NCBI GenBank assembly: GCA_964016885.1
Contig: OZ024754.1
Coordinates: forward strand, 34,906,001-34,970,000
Direction: 5' to 3'
Source of the DNA: Eledone cirrhosa
Lineage: Eukaryota
DNA: 64,000 bases
Of this stretch, positions 40,401-55,400 are shown one piece after another; within the stretch, counting starts at the first letter, position 1; each line of letters opens with the position of its first letter. The position numbers and the translations under genes are program-made. The notes under the pieces are model-generated. The model searched no databases. It saw only the letters and a program-made list of their open reading frames with translations, and was not told the origin of the DNA.

Positions 40401-43400
40401 AACTAAAGAATGTTGATGAAGTGTATATAGAACGAAACTAAAGAATGTTGATGAAGTGTATATAGAAAGAAACTAAAGAATGTAGATGAAGTGTATACAG
40501 AAAGAAACGAAAGAATGTTGATGAAGTGTATATAGAAAGAAACTAAAGAATGTTGATGAAGTGTCTATAGAATGAAACTAAAGAATGTAGATGTAGTGTA
40601 TACAGAAAGAAACTAAAGAATGTAGATGAAGTGTATACAGAAAGAAACTAAAGAATGTTGATGAAGTGTATATAGAAAGAAACTAAAGAATGTAGATGAA
40701 GTGTATATACAAAGAAACTAAAGAATGTAGATGAAGTGTATATAGAAAGAAACTAAAGAATGTTGATGAAGTGTATACAGAAAGAAACTAAAGAACGTAG
40801 ATGAAGTGTATATAGAAAGAAACAAAAGAATGTAGATGAAGTAAATACAGAAAGAAACTAAAGAATGTTGATGAAGTGTCTATAGAAAGAAACTAAAGAA
40901 TGTAGATGAAGTGTATACAGAAAGAAACTAAAGAATGTAGATGAAGTGTATATAGAAAGAAACTAAAGAATGTTGATGAAGTGTATATAGAAAGAAACTA
41001 AAGAATGTTGATGAAGTGTATACAGAAAGAAACTAAAGAATGTTGATGAAGTGTATATAGAAAGAAACTAAAGAATGTTGATGAAGTGTATACAGAAAGA
41101 AACTAAAGAATGTTGATGAAGTGTATATAGAAAGAAACTAAAGAATGTAGATGAAGTGTATACAGAAAGAAACTAAAGAATGTAGATGAAGTGTATATAG
41201 AAAGAAACTAAAGAATGTTGATGAAGTGTATACAGAAAGAAACTAAAGAATGTAGATGAAGTGTATATAGAAAGAAACTAAAGAATGTTGATGAAGTGTA
41301 TACAGAAAGAAACTAAAGAATGTAGATGAAGTGTATATAGAAAGAAACTAAAGAATGTTGATGAAGTGTATATAGAAAGAAACTAAAGAATGTAGATGAA
41401 GTGTATATAGAAAGAAACTAAAGAATGTTGATGAAGTGCATATAGAAAGAAACTAAAGAATGTTGATGAAGTGTATACAGAAAGAAACTAAAGAATGTAG
41501 ATGAAGTGTATATAGAAAGAAACTAAAGAATGTTGATGAAGTGTATACAGAAAGAAACTAAAGAATGTAGATGAAGTGTATATAGAAAGAAACTAAAGAA
41601 TGTTGATGAAGTGTATATAGAAAGAAACTAATGAATGTTGATGAAGTTTATACAGAAAGAAACTAAAGAATGTAGATGAAGTGTATATAGAAAGAAACTA
41701 AAGAATGTAGATGAAGTGTATATAGAAAGAAACTAAAGAATGTTGATGAAGTGTCTACAGAAAGAAACTAAAGAATGTTGATGAAGTGTATATAGAAAGA
41801 AACTAAAGAATGTTGATGAAGTGTCTACAGAAAGAAACTAAAGAATGTTGATGAAGTGTCTACAGAAAGAAACTAAAGAATGTTGATGAAGTGTCTACAG
41901 AAAGAAACTAAAGAATGTTGATGAAGTGTATATAGAAAGAAACTAAAGAATGTAGATGAAGTGTATACAGAAAGAAACTAAAGAATGTTGATGAAGTGTA
42001 TACAGAATGAAATTAAAGAATGTAGATGAAGTGTATACAGAAAGAAACTAAAGAATGTAGATGAAGTGTATACAGAAAGAAACTAAAGAATGTAGATGAA
42101 GTGTATACAGAAAGAAACTAAAGAATGTTGATGAAGTGTATACAGAATGAAATTAAAGAATGTTGATGAAGTGTATATAGAAAGAAACTAAAGAATGTTG
42201 ATGAAGTGTATATAGAAAGAAACTAAAGAATGTTGATGAAGTGTATACAGAATGAAATTAAAGAATGTAGATGAAGTGTATACAGAAAGAAACTAAAGAA
42301 TGTAGATGAAGTGTATACAGAAAGAAACTAAAGAATGTAGATGAAGTGTATACAGAAAGAAACTAAAGAATGTTGATGAAGTGTACACAGAATGAAACTA
42401 AAGAATGTTGATGAAGTGTATATAGAAAGAAACTAAAGAATGTTGATGAAGTGTATATAGAAAGAAACTAAAGAATGTAGATGAAGTGTATACAGAAAGA
42501 AACTAAAGAATGTTGATGAAGTGTATATAGAAAGAAACTAAAGAATGTTGATGAAGTGTATATAGAAAGAAACTAAAGAATGTAGATGAAGTGTATACAG
42601 AATGAAACTAAAGAATGTAGATGAAGTGTATACAGAAAGAAACTAAAGAATGTTGATGAAGTGTATATAGAAAGAAACTAAAGAATGTTGATGAAGTGTA
42701 TACAGAAAGAAACTAAAGAATGTAGATGAAGTGTATATAGAAAGAAACTAAAGAATGTAGATGTAGTGTATATAGAAAGAAACTAAAGAATGTTGATGAA
42801 GTGTATATAGAAAGAAACTAAAGAATGTAGATGAAGTGTATATAGAAAGAAACTAAAGAATGTAGATGAAGTGTATACAGAATGAAACTAAAGAATGTAG
42901 ATGAAGTGTATACAGAAAGAAACTAAAGAATGTTGATGAAGTGTATATAGAAAGAAACTAAAGAATGTTGATGAAGTGTCTATAGAATGAAACTAAAGAA
43001 TGTAGATGTAGTGTATACAGAAAGAAACTAAAGAATGTAGATGAAGTGTATACAGAAAGAAACTAAAGAATGTTGATGAAGTGTATATAGAAAGAAACTA
43101 AAGAATGTAGATGAAGTGTATATAGAAAGAAACTAAAGAATGGTGATGAAGTGTATATAGAAAGAAACTAAAGAATGTAGATGAAGTGTATATACAAAGA
43201 AACTAAAGAATGTAGATGAAGTGTATATAGAAAGAAACTAAAGAATGTTGATGAAGTGTCTACAGAAAGAAACTAAAGAATGTTGATGAAGTGTCTACAG
43301 AAAGAAACTAAAGAATGTTGATGAAGTGTATATAGAAAGAAACTAAAGAATGTTGATGAAGTGTCTACAGAAAGAAACTAAAGAATGTTGATGAAGTGTC

Positions 43401-43985
43401 TACAGAAAGAAACTAAAGAATGTTGATGAAGTGTCTACAGAAAGAAACTAAAGAATGTTGATGAAGTGTATATAGAAAGAAACTAAAGAATGTAGATGAA
43501 GTGTATACAGAAAGAAACTAAAGAATGTTGATGAAGTGTATACAGAATGAAATTAAAGAATGTAGATGAAGTGTATACAGAAAGAAACTAAAGAATGTAG
43601 ATGAAGTGTATACAGAAAGAAACTAAAGAATGTAGATGAAGTGTATACAGAAAGAAACTAAAGAATGTTGATGAAGTGTATACAGAATGAAATTAAAGAA
43701 TGTTGATGAAGTGTATATAGAAAGAAACTAAAGAATGTTGATGAAGTGTATATAGAAAGAAACTAAAGAATGTAGATGAAGTGTATACAGAAAGAAACTA
43801 AAGAATGTTGATGAAGTGTATACAGAATGAAATTAAAGAATGTAGATGAAGTGTATACAGAAAGAAACTAAAGAATGTAGATGAAGTGTATACAGAAAGA
43901 AACTAAAGAATGTAGATGAAGTGTATACAGAAAGAAACTAAAGAATGTTGATGAAGTGTACACAGAATGAAACTAAAGAATGTTG
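28340..43985. repeat. Tandem duplication of 7,770/7,875 bp (222/225 monomers), junction near 36110
   Basis: Offset 7,770: ctaaaaaatg 28361/36131, gttaatg 28441/36211, cgtaga 29071/36841, tctaga 29176/36946. After a 3-monomer indel near 32460/40230 the offset is 7,875: aacgaaag 32634/40509, tatacaaag 35320/43195, gtgtacac 36081/43956. Confidence 0.92.
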
Positions 43986-46815
43986 ATGAAGTGTATATAG
44001 AACGAAACTAAAGAATGTTGATGAAGTGTATATAGAAAGAAACTAAAGAATGTAGATGAAGTGTATACAGAAAGAAACGAAAGAATGTTGATGAAGTGTA
44101 TATAGAAAGAAACTAAAGAATGTTGATGAAGTGTCTATAGAATGAAACTAAAGAATGTAGATGTAGTGTATACAGAAAGAAACTAAAGAATGTAGATGAA
44201 GTGTATACAGAAAGAAACTAAAGAATGTTGATGAAGTGTATATAGAAAGAAACTAAAGAATGTAGATGAAGTGTATATACAAAGAAACTAAAGAATGTAG
44301 ATGAAGTGTATATAGAAAGAAACTAAAGAATGTTGATGAAGTGTATACAGAAAGAAACTAAAGAACGTAGATGAAGTGTATATAGAAAGAAACAAAAGAA
44401 TGTAGATGAAGTAAATACAGAAAGAAACTAAAGAATGTTGATGAAGTGTCTATAGAAAGAAACTAAAGAATGTAGATGAAGTGTATACAGAAAGAAACTA
44501 ATGAATGTAGATGAAGTGTATATAGAAAGAAACTAAAGAATGTTGATGAAGTGTATATAGAAAGAAACTAAAGAATGTTGATGAAGTGTATACAGAAAGA
44601 AACTAAAGAATGTTGATGAAGTGTATATAGAAAGAAACTAAAGAATGTTGATGAAGTGTATACAGAAAGAAACTAAATAATGTTGATGAAGTGTATATAG
44701 AAAGAAACTAAAGAATGTAGATGAAGTGTATACAGAAAGAAACTAAAGAATGTAGATGAAGTGTATATAGAAAGAAACTAAAGAATGTTGATGAAGTGTA
44801 TACAGAAAGAAACTAAAGAATGTAGATGAAGTGTATATAGAAAGAAACTAAAGAATGTTGATGAAGTGTATACAGAAAGAAACTAAAGAATGTAGATGAA
44901 GTGTATATAGAAAGAAACTAAAGAATGTTGATGAAGTGTATATAGAAAGAAACTAAAGAATGTAGATGAAGTGTATATAGAAAGAAACTAAAGAATGTTG
45001 ATGAAGTGCATATAGAAAGAAACTAAAGAATGTTGATGAAGTGTATACAGAAAGAAACTAAAGAATGTAGATGAAGTGTATATAGAAAGAAACTAAAGAA
45101 TGTTGATGAAGTGTATACAGAAAGAAACTAAAGAATGTAGATGAAGTGTATATAGAAAGAAACTAAAGAATGTTGATGAAGTGTATATAGAAAGAAACTA
45201 ATGAATGTTGATGAAGTGTATACAGAAAGAAACTAAAGAATGTAGATGAAGTGTATATAGAAAGAAACTAAAGAATGTAGATGAAGTGTATATAGAAAGA
45301 AACTAAAGAATGTTGATGAAGTGTCTACAGAAAGAAACTAAAGAATGTTGATGAAGTGTATATAGAAAGAAACTAAAGAATGTTGATGAAGTGTCTACAG
45401 AAAGAAACTAAAGAATGTTGATGAAGTGTCTACAGAAAGAAACTAAAGAATGTTGATGAAGTGTCTACAGAAAGAAACTAAAGAATGTTGATGAAGTGTA
45501 TATAGAAAGAAACTAAAGAATGTAGATGAAGTGTATACAGAAAGAAACTAAAGAATGTTGATGAAGTGTATACAGAATGAAATTAAAGAATGTAGATGAA
45601 GTGTATACAGAAAGAAACTAAAGAATGTAGATGAAGTGTATACAGAAAGAAACTAAAGAATGTAGATGAAGTGTATACAGAAAGAAACTAAAGAATGTTG
45701 ATGAAGTGTATACAGAATGAAATTAAAGAATGTTGATGAAGTGTATATAGAAAGAAACTAAAGAATGTTGATGAAGTGTATATAGAAAGAAACTAAAGAA
45801 TGTTGATGAAGTGTATACAGAATGAAATTAAAGAATGTAGATGAAGTGTATACAGAAAGAAACTAAAGAATGTAGATGAAGTGTATACAGAAAGAAACTA
45901 AAGAATGTAGATGAAGTGTATACAGAAAGAAACTAAAGAATGTTGATGAAGTGTACACAGAATGAAACTAAAGAATGTTGATGAAGTGTATATAGAAAGA
46001 AACTAAAGAATGTTGATGAAGTGTATATAGAAAGAAACTAAAGAATGTAGATGAAGTGTATACAGAAAGAAACTAAAGAATGTTGATGAAGTGTATATAG
46101 AAAGAAACTAAAGAATGTTGATGAAGTGTATATAGAAAGAAACTAAAGAATGTAGATGAAGTGTATACAGAATGAAACTAAAGAATGTAGATGAAGTGTA
46201 TACAGAAAGAAACTAAAGAATGTTGATGAAGTGTATATAGAAAGAAACTAAAGAATGTTGATGAAGTGTATACAGAAAGAAACTAAAGAATGTAGATGAA
46301 GTGTATATAGAAAGAAACTAAAGAATGTAGATGTAGTGTATATAGAAAGAAACTAAAGAATGTTGATGAAGTGTATATAGAAAGAAACTAAAGAATGTAG
46401 ATGAAGTGTATATAGAAAGAAACTAAAGAATGTAGATGAAGTGTATACAGAATGAAACTAAAGAATGTAGATGAAGTGTATACAGAAAGAAACTAAAGAA
46501 TGTTGATGAAGTGTATATAGAAAGAAACTAAAGAATGTTGATGAAGTGTCTATAGAATGAAACAAAAGAATGTAGATGTAGTGTATACAGAAAGAAACTA
46601 AAGAATGTAGATGAAGTGTATACAGAAAGAAACTAAAGAATGTTGATGAAGTGTATATAGAAAGAAACTAAAGAATGTAGATGAAGTGTATATAGAAAGA
46701 AACTAAAGAATGTTGATGAAGTGTATATAGAAAGAAACTAAAGAATGTAGATGAAGTGTATATACAAAGAAACTAAAGAATGTAGATGAAGTGTATATAG
46801 AAAGAAACTAAAGAA
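39700..46815. repeat. Tandem duplication of 3,570 bp (102 monomers)
   Basis: Shared markers: gtgtctacag 39721/43291, gaacgaaac 40431/44001, cgtaga 40796/44366, tatacaaag 43195/46765. Confidence 0.88.
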
Positions 46816-48339
46816 TGTAGATGAAGTGTATACAGAAAGAAACTAAAGAACGTAGATGAAGTGTATATAGAAAGAAACTAAAGAATGTAGATGAAGTAAA
46901 TACAGAAAGAAACTAAAGAATGTTGATGAAGTGTCTATAGAAAGAAACTAAAGAATGTAGATGAAGTGTATACAGAAAGAAACTAAAGAATGTAGATGAA
47001 GTGTATATAGAAAGAAACTAAAGAATGTTGATGAAGTGTATATAGAAAGAAACTAAAGAATGTTGATGAAGTGTATACAGAAAGAAACTAAAGAATGTTG
47101 ATGAAGTGTATATAGAAAGAAACTAAAGAATGTTGATGAAGTGTATACAGAAAGAAACTAAAGAATGTTGATGAAGTGTATATAGAAAGAAACTAAAGAA
47201 TGTAGATGAAGTGTATACAGAAAGAAACTAAAGAATGTAGATGAAGTGTATATAGAAAGAAACTAAAGAATGTTGATGAAGTGTATACAGAAAGAAACTA
47301 AAGAATGTAGATGAAGTGTATATAGAAAGAAACTAAAGAATGTTGATGAAGTGTATACAGAAAGAAACTAAAGAATGTAGATGAAGTGTATATAGAAAGA
47401 AACTAAAGAATGTTGATGAAGTGTATATAGAAAGAAACTAATGAATGTTGATGAAGTGTATACAGAAAGAAACTAAAGAATGTAGATGAAGTGTATATAG
47501 AAAGAAACTAAAGAATGTAGATGAAGTGTATATAGAAAGAAACTAAAGAATGTTGATGAAGTGTCTACAGAAAGAAACTAAAGAATGTTGATGAAGTGTA
47601 TATAGAAAGAAACTAAAGAATGTTGATGAAGTGTCTACAGAAAGAAACTAAAGAATGTTGATGAAGTGTCTACAGAAAGAAACTAAAGAATGTTGATGAA
47701 GTGTCTACAGAAAGAAACTAAAGAATGTTGATGAAGTGTATATAGAAAGAAACTAAAGAATGTAGATGAAGTGTATACAGAAAGAAACTAAAGAATGTTG
47801 ATGAAGTGTATATAGAAAGAAACTAAAGAATGTAGATGAAGTGTATATAGAAAGAAACTAAAGAACGTTGATGAAGTGTATACAGAATGAAACTAATGAA
47901 TGTTGATGAAGTGTATACAGAAAGAATCTAAAGAATGTTGATGAAGTGTATATAGAAAGAAACTAAAGAATGTTGATGAAGTGTATACAGAAAGAAACTA
48001 AAGAATGTGGATGAAGTGTATACAGAAAGAAACTAAAGAATGTTGATGAAGTGTATACAGAAAGAAACTAAAGAATGTAGATGAAGTGTATATAGAAAGA
48101 AACTAAAGAATGTTGATGAAGTGTCTACAGAAGGAAACTAAAGAATGTTGATGAAGTGTCTGCAGAAAGAAACTAAAGAATGTTGATGAAGTGTCTACAG
48201 AAAGAAACTAAAGAATGTTGATGAAGTGTATATAGAAAGAAACTAAAGAATGTTGATGAAGTGTCTACAGAAAGAATCTAAAGAATGTAGATGAAGTGTA
48301 TATAGAAAGAAACTAAAGAATGTAGATGAAGTGTATATA

Positions 48340-51300
48340 GAAAGAAACTAAAGAATGTTGATGAAGTGTCTACAGAAAGAAACTAAAGAATGTTGATGAA
48401 GTGTATATAGAAAGAAACTAAAGAATGTTGATGAAGTGTCTACAGAAAGAAACTAAAGAATGTTGATGAAGTGTATATAGAAAGAAACTAAAGAATGTTG
48501 ATGAAGTGTCTACAGAAAGAAACTAAAGAATGTTGATGAAGTGTATATAGAAAGAAACTAAAGAATGTTGATGAAGTGTCTACAGAAGGAAACTAAAGAA
48601 TGTTGATGAAGTGTCTGCAGAAAGAAACTAAAGAATGTTGATGAAGTGTCTACAGAAAGAAACTAAAGAATGTTGATGAAGTGTATATAGAAAGAAACTA
48701 AAGAATGTAGATGAAGTGTATACAGAAAGAAACTAAAGAATGTTGATGAAGTGTATATAGAAAGAAACTAAAGAATGTAGATGAAGTGTATATAGAAAGA
48801 AACTAAAGAATGTTGATGAAGTGTATACAGAATGAAACTAAAGAATGTTGTTGAAGTGTATATAGAAAGAAACTAAAGAATGTAGATGAAGTGTCTATAG
48901 AATGAAACTAAAGAATGTAGATGTAGTGTATACAGAAAGAAACTAAAGAATGTAGATGAAGTGTATACAGAAAGAAACTAAAGAATGTTGATGAAGTGTA
49001 TACAGAAAGAAACTAAAGAATGTTGATGAAGTGTATACAGAAAGAAACTAAACAATGTTGATGAAGTGTATATAGAAAGAAACTAAAGAATGTTGATGAA
49101 GTGTATATAGAAAGAAACTAAAGAATGTAGATGAAGTGTATACAGAAAGAAACTAAAGAATGTAGATGAAGTGTATACAGAAAGAAACTAAAGAATGTAG
49201 ATGAAGTGTATACAGAAAGAAACTAAAGAATGTTGATGAAGTGTATATAGAAAGAAACTAAAGAATGTTGATGAACTGGATACAGAATGAAACTAAAGAA
49301 TGTTGATGAAGTGTATATAGAAAGAAACTAAAGAATGTAGATGAAGTGTATACAGAATGAAACTAAAGAATGTTGATGAAGTGTATATAGAAAGAAACTA
49401 AAGAATGTAGATGAAGTGTATACAGAAAGAATCTAAAGAATGTTGATGAAGTGTATATAGAAAAAAACTAAAGAATGTTGATGAAGTGTATACAGAAAGA
49501 AACTAAAGAATGTAAATGAAGTCTATATAGAAAGAAACTAAAGAATGTTGATGAAGTGTATATAGAAAGAAACTAAAGAATGTAAATGAAGTGTATATAG
49601 AAAGAAACTAAAGAATGTTGATGAAGTGTATACAGAATGAAACTAAAGAATGTAGATGAAGTGTATATAGAAAGAAACTAAAGAATGTTGATGAAGTGTA
49701 TACAGAAAGAAACTAAAGAATGTAGATGAAGTGTATATAGAAAGAAACTAAAGAATGTTGATGAAGTGTATACAGAATGAAACTAAAGAATGTAGACGAA
49801 GTGTCTATAGAATGAAACTAAAGAATGTTGATGAAGTGTATACAGAAAGAAACTAAAGAATGTAGATGAAGTGTATATAGAAAGAAACTAAAGAATGTAG
49901 ATGTAGTGTATACAGAAAGAAACTAAAGAATGTAGATGAAGTGTATACAGAAAGAAACTAAAGAATGTAGATGAAGTGTATATAGAAAGAAACTAAAGAA
50001 TGTTGATGAAGTGTATATAGAAAGAAACTAAACAATGTTGATGAAGTGTCTACAGAAAGAAACTAAAGAATGTAGATGAAGTGTATATAGAAAGAAACTA
50101 AAGAATGTAGATGAAGTGTATATAGAAAGAAACTAAAGAATGTTGATGAAGTGTCTACAGAAAGAAACTAAAGAATGTTGATGAAGTGTATATAGAAAGA
50201 AACTAAAGAATGTTGATGAAGTGTCTACAGAAAGAAACTAAAGAATGTTGATGAAGTGTATATAGAAAGAAACTAAAGAATGTTGATGAAGTGTCTACAG
50301 AAAGAAACTAAAGAATGTAGATGAAGTGTATATAGAAAGAAACTAAAGAATGTTGATGAAGTGTCTACAGAAAGAAACTAAAGAATGTTGATGAAGTGTA
50401 TATAGAAAGAAACTAAAGAATGTTGATGAAGTGTCTACAGAAAGAAACTAAAGAATGTAGATGAAGTGTATATAGAAAGAAACTAAAGAATGTTGATGAA
50501 GTGTCTACAGAAGAAACTAAAGAATGTAGATGAAGTGTATATAGAAAGAAACTAAAGAATGTTGATGAAGTGTCTACAGAAAGAAACTAAAGAATGTTGA
50601 TGAAGTGTATATAGAAAGAAACTAAAGAATGTTGATGAAGTGTCTACAGAAAGAAACTAAAGAATGTAGATGAAGTGTATATAGAAAGAAACTAAAGAAT
50701 GTTGATGAAGTGTCTACAGAAAGAAACTAAAGAATGTAGATGAAGTGTATATAGAAAGAAACTAAAGAATGTTGATGAAGTGTCTACAGAAAGAAACTAA
50801 AGAATGTTGATGAAGTGTATATAGAAAGAAACTAAAGAATGTTGATGAAGTGTCTACAGAAAGAAACTAAAGAATGTTGATGAAGTGTCTACAGAAAGAA
50901 ACTAAAGAATGTTGATGAAGTGTATACAGAATGAAACTAAAGAATGTAGATGAAGTGTATACAGAAAGAAACTAAAGAACGTAGATGAAGTGTATACAGA
51001 AAGAAACTAAAGAATGTTGATGAAGTCTATATAGAAAGAAACTAAAGAATGTAGATGAAGTGTATATAGAAAGAAACTAAAGAATGTTGATGAAGTGTAT
51101 ACAGAAAGAAACTAAAGAATGTTGATGAAGTGTATATAGAAATAAACTAAAGAATGTAGATGAAGTGTATATAGAAAGAAACAAAAGAATGTAGATGAAG
51201 TGTATATAGAAAGAAACTAAAGAATGTAGATGAAGTGTATATAGAAAGAAACTAAAGAATGTAGATGAAGTGTATATAGAAAGAAACTAAAGAATGTAGA

Positions 51301-54300
51301 TGAAGTGTATATAGAAAGAAACTAAAGAATGTAGATGAAGTGTATATAGAAAGAAACTAAAGAATGTTGATGAAGTGTCTACAGAAAGAAACTAAAGAAT
51401 GTTGATGAAGTGTATACAGAAAGAAACTAAAGAATGTAGATGAAGTGTATATAGAAAGAAACTAAAGAATGTAGATGAAGTGTATATAGAAAGAAACTAA
51501 AGTATGTTGATGAAGTGTCTACAGAAAGAAACTAAAGAATGTTGATGAAGTGTATACAGAAAGAAACTAAAGAATGTAGATGAAGTGTATATAGAAAGAA
51601 ACTAAAGAATGTTGATGAAGTGTATACAGAAAGAAACTAAAGAATGTTGATGAAGTGTCTACAGAAAGAAACTAAAGAATGTTGATGAAGTATATACAGA
51701 AAGAAACTAAAGAATATAGATGAAGTGTATATAGAAAGAAACTAAAGAATGTTGATGAAGTGCATATAGAAAGAAACTAAAGAATGTTGATGAAGTGTAT
51801 ACAGAAAGAAACTAAAGAATGTAGATGAAGTGTATATAGAAAGAAACTAAAGAATGTTGATGAAGTGTATACAGAAAGAAACTAAAGAATGTAGATGAAG
51901 TGTATATAGAAAGAAACTAAAGAATGTTGATGAAGTGTATATAGAAAGAAACTAAAGAATGTTGATGAAGTGTCTACAGAAAGAAACTAAAGAATGTTGA
52001 TGAAGTGTATATAGAAAGAAACTAAAGAATGTTGATGAAGTGTCTACAGAAAGAAACTAAAGAATGTTGATGAAGTGTATATAGAAAGAAACTAAAGAAT
52101 GTTGATGAAGTGTCTACAGAAAGAAACTAAAGAATGTTGATGAAGTGTATATAGAAAGAAACTAAAGAATGTTGATGAAGTGTCTACAGAAGGAAACTAA
52201 AGAATGTTGATGAAGTGTCTGCAGAAAGAAACTAAAGAATGTTGATGAAGTGTCTACAGAAAGAAACTAAAGAATGTTGATGAAGTGTATATAGAAAGAA
52301 ACTAAAGAATGTAGATGAAGTGTATACAGAAAGAAACTAAAGAATGTTGATGAAGTGTATATAGAAAGAAACTAAAGAATGTAGATGAAGTGTATATAGA
52401 AAGAAACTAAAGAATGTTGATGAAGTGTATACAGAATGAAACTAAAGAATGTTGATGAAGTGTATATAGAAAGAAACTAAAGAATGTAGATGAAGTGTCT
52501 ATAGAATGAAACTAAAGAATGTAGATGTAGTGTATACAGAAAGAAACTAAAGAATGTAGATGAAGTGTATACAGAAAGAAACTAAAGAATGTTGATGAAG
52601 TGTATACAGAAAGAAACTAAAGAATGTTGATGAAGTGTATACAGAAAGAAACTAAACAATGTTGATGAAGTGTATATAGAAAGAAACTAAAGAATGTTGA
52701 TGAAGTGTATATAGAAAGAAACTAAAGAATGTTGATGAACTGTATACAGAATGAAACTAAAGAATGTTGATGAAGTGTATATAGAAAGAAACTAAAGAAT
52801 GTAGATGAAGTGTATACAGAATGAAACTAAAGAATGTTGATGAAGTGTATATAGAAAGAAACTAAAGAATGTATATGAAGTGTATACAGAAAGAATCTAA
52901 AGAATGTTGATGAAGTGTATATAGAAAAAAACTAAAGAATGTTGATGAAGTGTATACAGAAAGAAACTAAAGAATGTAGATGAAGTCTATATAGAAAGAA
53001 ACTAAAGAATGTTGATGAAGTGTATATAGAAAGAAACTAAAGAATGTAAATGAAGTGTATATAGAAAGAAACTAAAGAATGTTGATGAAGTGTATACAGA
53101 ATGAAACTAAAGAATGTAGATGAAGTGTATATAGAAGGAAACTAAAGAATGTTGATGAAGTGTATACAGAAAGAAACTAAAGAATGTAGATGAAGTGTAT
53201 ATAGAAAGAAACTAAAGAATGTTGATGAAGTGCATACAGAATGAAACTAAAGAATGTAGATGAAGTGTCTATAGAATGAAACTAAAGAATGTTGATGAAG
53301 TGTATACAGAAAGAAACTAAAGAATGTAGATGAAGTGTATATAGAAAGAAACTAAAGAATGTAGATGTAGTGTATACAGAAAGAAACTAATGAATGTAGA
53401 TGAAGTGTATACAGAAAGAAACTAAAGAATGTAGATGAAGTGTATATAGAAAGAAACTAAAGAATGTTGATGAAGTGTATATAGAAAGAAACTAAAGAAT
53501 GTTGATGAAGTGTCTACAGAAAGAAACTAAAGAATGTAGATGAAGTGTATATAGAAAGAAACTAAAGAATGTAGATGAAGTGTATATAGAAAGAAACTAA
53601 AGAATGTTGATGAAGTGTCTACAGAAAGAAACTAAAGAATGTTGATGAAGTGTATATAGAAAGAAACTAAAGAATGTTGATGAAGTGTCTACAGAAAGAA
53701 ACTAAAGAATGTTGATGAAGTGTATATAGAAAGAAACTAAAGAATGTTGATGAAGTGTCTACAGAAAGAAACTAAAGAATGTAGATGAAGTGTATATAGA
53801 AAGAAACTAAAGAATGTTGATGAAGTGTCTACAGAAAGAAACTAAAGAATGTTGACGAAGTGTATATAGAAAGAAACTAAAGAATGTTGATGAAGTGTCT
53901 ACAGAAAGAAACTAAAGAATGTAGATGAAGTGTATATAGAAAGAAACTAAAGAATGTTGATGAAGTGTCTACAGAAAGAAACTAAAGAATGTAGATGAAG
54001 TGTATATAGAAAGAAACTAAAGAATGTTGATGAAGTGTCTACAGAAAGAAACTAAAGAATGTTGATGAAGTGTATATAGAAAGAAATTAAAGAATGTTGA
54101 TGAAGTGTCTACAGAAAGAAACTAAAGAATGTAGATGAAGTGTATATAGAAAGAAACTAAAGAATGTTGATGAAGTGTCTACAGAAAGAAACTAAAGAAT
54201 GTAGATGAAGTGTATATAGAAAGAAACTAAAGAATGTTGATGAAGTGTCTACAGAAAGAAACTAAAGAATGTTGATGAAGTGTATATAGAAAGAAACTAA

Positions 54301-55400
54301 AGAATGTTGATGAAGTGTCTACAGAAAGAAACTAAAGAATGTTGATGAAGTGTCTACAGAAAGAAACTAAAGAATGTTGATGAAGTGTATACAGAATGAA
54401 ACTAAAGAATGTAGATGAAGTGTATACAGAAAGAAACTAAAGAACGTAGATGAAGTGTATACAGAAAGAAACTAAAGAATGTTGATGAAGTCTATATAGA
54501 AAGAAACTAAAGAATGTAGATGAAGTGTATATAGAAAGAAACTAAAGAATGTTGATGAAGTGTATACAGAAAGAAACTAAAGAATGTTGATGAAGTGTAT
54601 ATAGAAATAAACTAAAGAATGTAGATGAAGTGTATATAGAAAGAAACTAAAGAATGTAGATGAAGTGTATATAGAAAGAAACTAAAGAATGTAGATGAAG
54701 TGTATATAGAAAGAAACTAAAGAATGTAGATGAAGTGTATATAGAAAGAAACTAAAGAATGTAGATGATGTGTATATAGAAAGAAACTAAAGAATGTAGA
54801 TGAAGTGTATATAGAAAGAAACTAAAGAATGTTGATGAAGTGTCTACAGAAAGAAACTAAAGAATGTTGATGAAGTGTATACAGAAAGAAACTAAAGAAT
54901 GTAGATGAAGTGTATATAGAAAGAAACTAAAGAATGTAGATTAAGTGTATATAGAAAGAAACTAAAGTATGTTGATGAAGTGTCTACAGAAAGAAACTAA
55001 AGAATGTTGATGAAGTGTGTACAGAAAGAAACTAAAGAATGTAGATGAAGTGTATATAGAAAGAAACTAAAGAATGTGGATGAAGTGTATACAGAAAGAA
55101 ACTAAAGAATGTTGATGAAGTGTCTACAGAAAGAAACTAAAGAATGTTGATGAAGTGTATACAGAAAGAAACTAAAGAATGTAGATGAAGTGTATATAGA
55201 AAGAAACTAAAGAATGTTGATGAAGTGCATATAGAAAGAAACTAAAGAATGTTGATGAAGTGTATACAGAAAGAAACTAAAGAATGTAGATGAAGTGTAT
55301 ATAGAAAGAAACTAAAGAATGTTGATGAAGTGTATACAGAAAGAAACTAAAGAATGTAGATGAAGTGTATATAGAAAGAAACTAAAGAATGTTGATGAAG
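48340..55400. repeat. Diverged tandem duplication of about 3.5-3.6 kb (offset 3,604, then 3,464/3,465)
   Basis: Offset 3,604: ctgcag 48615/52219, aaacaat 49053/52657. Offset 3,464: gaactg 49276/52740. Offset 3,465: aaataaac 51143/54608, gtgcat 51763/55228. Confidence 0.85.
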
